From assembly GCF_009914755.1 (NCBI RefSeq), contig NC_060929.1: a stretch of DNA of 64,000 bases. The stretch is one strand, 5' to 3'. The stretch is from the human T2T-CHM13v2.0 reference genome, Homo sapiens. Below, piece after piece: positions 61,326 through 64,000 of this stretch. Made by a program: the position numbers and the translations under genes. Within the stretch, counting starts at the first letter, position 1; every line of letters starts with the position of its first letter. Below the pieces are notes generated by a model. The model worked only from the letters and a program-made list of their open reading frames with translations, made no database searches and was not told the DNA's origin.

Positions 61326-63117
61326 TGTTTCGCCTCATCACAAAGCCTCATGTTTATTCATTTAGGGTATGAGAATAGTTAAGAAAATATTTTTGCCATG
61401 CAAGCTCAGACTTGCTTATCATATTTTTACCATTGTCATTTTCTCAGTAGATCCCCTAAACCATCTCACAGGACAATGTTGGTTTTAAGAGGAGTATCTT
61501 TCAATTCATCCATTCTCCTATGTAACCGTAGATTTGCAATGCTGAAAAGTACCTTGGGGGTCATTTAATGTCAATTAGTCCAAAGCACTTGTGTCAGAGA
61601 TGTGACACAAGGAGAGTTTTATAACAACCCACAAAGTAGACCCTAGATTGTATGATAAATTCTAGATCCTGCTAGATCCCAGCTACTCACAGTGCTTGTC
61701 AAAAAGAGGACTTTTCATACAGGTGGGAAAACAGCTAAAGATGAAAATGACCAGCTACTGAAATTAGAGCATTTTCCATAAACAGGTTGTTTACCTCATT
61801 GAAACTCTCTTTCCAGCATTTCTCATTTGGTGTCAAAATATGTTTCCTTCCCTTCTGATCTTTATCACTTTCTCTGCTTGACCATAACTACCAGCAGGCT
61901 AGAAGTAAGAGGAATGATTGGTCTGAAAGCCCTGGTGGTTCACTATTCTGTTACTGCCTACAGATGGAAAAGATGGGTCCTATAACTGCACTTCCCTGCA
62001 GTCTTCCTCTCACTTCCATGTTATTTATCTCTGAGGATGCCCTTCCTCTCTAGGTAAAAAGAATTCATATTACCATTTTTATCCCATGAACTCATTGTAG
62101 TCACAGGGTTCAAATAACCCCTCTTCCTGATCTGAAGTCAAGGCCCTATGCAAAAACATTTAGAAATGTGGTGAATCACCTTCAAGTGAGAGTCAGTGAC
62201 TACTCTGGAATTTTTGAGTTCATTTTAAAACTCGCATGAGTAACGAGAAAGTCAGTGTCATTCTTTTCTCATTTTTCAAAGCACTGAAACTACACATTCA
62301 TATCCCACATAGACAGTGACATTTGCTTTATCCAAAGAAGAAATACTAGATTTTGCTGGGATTTAAATTTCCATGGAGCAAGAAAGTGAGTATTAGGAGC
62401 AGACATGTTAAAAAATTTAAGGTTCACTGTGGTTGTGTGAACCATTAGATAGAAATCATATGAGAATTGCCTAAGCTTTAACGAAGTAATCTATGTTGTG
62501 CCAAAGATAAAAACTAAGTAATATGTTTTTGAGTGCCTTGTTACATTTTGGGGGCCTATTTTCAGTGGTTCTAAGACATAGTCAATTTAATGTACTGAAA
62601 TCATTCTATTTTAACTAAGGTTTATTAAAGCTAAATGCCACATTGTTTCTCTAAAATAAAGCCATATGCTTTTTTCTCCCTATGCTCTGCCAATGAAGGT
62701 TATACATTTCTCATCTGTCTTTGTTATTTTCTTAAGGACGTATCTTTTTGTCAGATTATTCTGTTTGTATTCTCCACTTTGATTACTTAAAGAATATCTG
62801 AGTTTATGACCATGAAGAGATGATAAGTTTTTAGGATATAATTCATCTTAAATTCACTCTCAACTGTCAGTTTTGGCTTCTAAAAACATTCCACTGAAGG
62901 ATTACAGAAAAGGAAAATACGAATACATGCTCATTCCCCTTTGTAAGCTTATATTTAGAGTCAACTGAAAGAAGGCCAAAAGTTATATTTGCAAAATAAT
63001 AATGTGTATGCAAAGATGTTAATAATTAGTGAAGAATGCATATCATACCATGTAAAACAATGTCTTTCCCTTTTTAAAATCCAAAGAGTGAAAAGCCTCT
63101 GTCTGATTCCCAGCTAA

Positions 63118-63498
<381 letters not shown>

Positions 63499-64000
63499 AG
63501 CCCTTTTCTCTCTACTGAAGTGTTACAGAAATTAATCCTTTTGAAAGAGATTGGGATAAAGTGGGAAGGAGAAAAAGGAGCTGACGAGGGGAAACAAGGA
63601 AAACTGGAATTGACCAAGGGCTGGTCTAGCCGGGGAGGCCCAGTTCAGCGCTTCGGTGTTGCAAGCATTGCTCACTATTATGCAGTTGGGCAAATGCTCT
63701 GGTTTTAACAAGCAGCTGCATGTGCATAGGCATGCTGGGGACCATTTCACACTTTTGTCAGGCAGATTTACAAGCAGGCTGCTTCTCATCAGAGCTGGGA
63801 TTTTTGTCTAAAAGAAATTTCAGAGCCAATGGTCCCCATTTTTCTTCCATTTTCTTTCCTGAACAAGATTTTGAACTTCACAATTAGGACTCTTATTCAG
63901 TGCACAAGGGTTTTGGAGGCAACTTCAGGCAACTCCTTAATCCCAGGAAGAACCTGATTCCTTCCTCTCCCTGAGCTTTCTGAAATAACCTGTCATTCCA

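Noticed and set aside
63499-64000. PolyA signal for the ZNF474-like last exon
   Set aside because: No AATAAA or ATTAAA seen after the stop within the window; the 3' end cannot be placed.

Overview
Primate (human-like) genomic DNA, AT-rich and dense in repeats (Alu, L1PA/L1M, L2, MIR, ERVL/MaLR LTRs, hAT MITEs). There are no prokaryotic features, CRISPR arrays or recognisable RNA genes. The window holds the ZNF474 locus, which from memory lies on human 5q23 near LOX. A probable non-coding first exon at ~10.4-10.58 kb sits behind a cluster of RFX X-box and forkhead motifs. One large coding exon (acceptor 32635, ATG 32847, stop 33941; 364 aa) encodes four C2HC zinc fingers as two A-B finger pairs. 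About 26.5 kb downstream, two exons (60406-60586 and 63347-63498) encode a third homologous A-B pair (ZNF474-like, ZNF475 from memory). Main observation: a phase-0 splice donor inside the ZNF474 ORF (AAG|GTAATT, after 33884) is in frame with the phase-0 acceptor at 60406. This predicts a single 456-aa six-finger protein. An antisense L1PA ends only 18 nt upstream of that acceptor and appears to have separated it from its ancestral CTAAC branch point. Other notable items are a non-Alu ~200-bp inverted repeat pair around a ~940-bp spacer (5.2-6.5 kb), an MLT2A LTR beside the promoter, and several small rearrangement scars. All repeat family calls are by eye and their boundaries are approximate.
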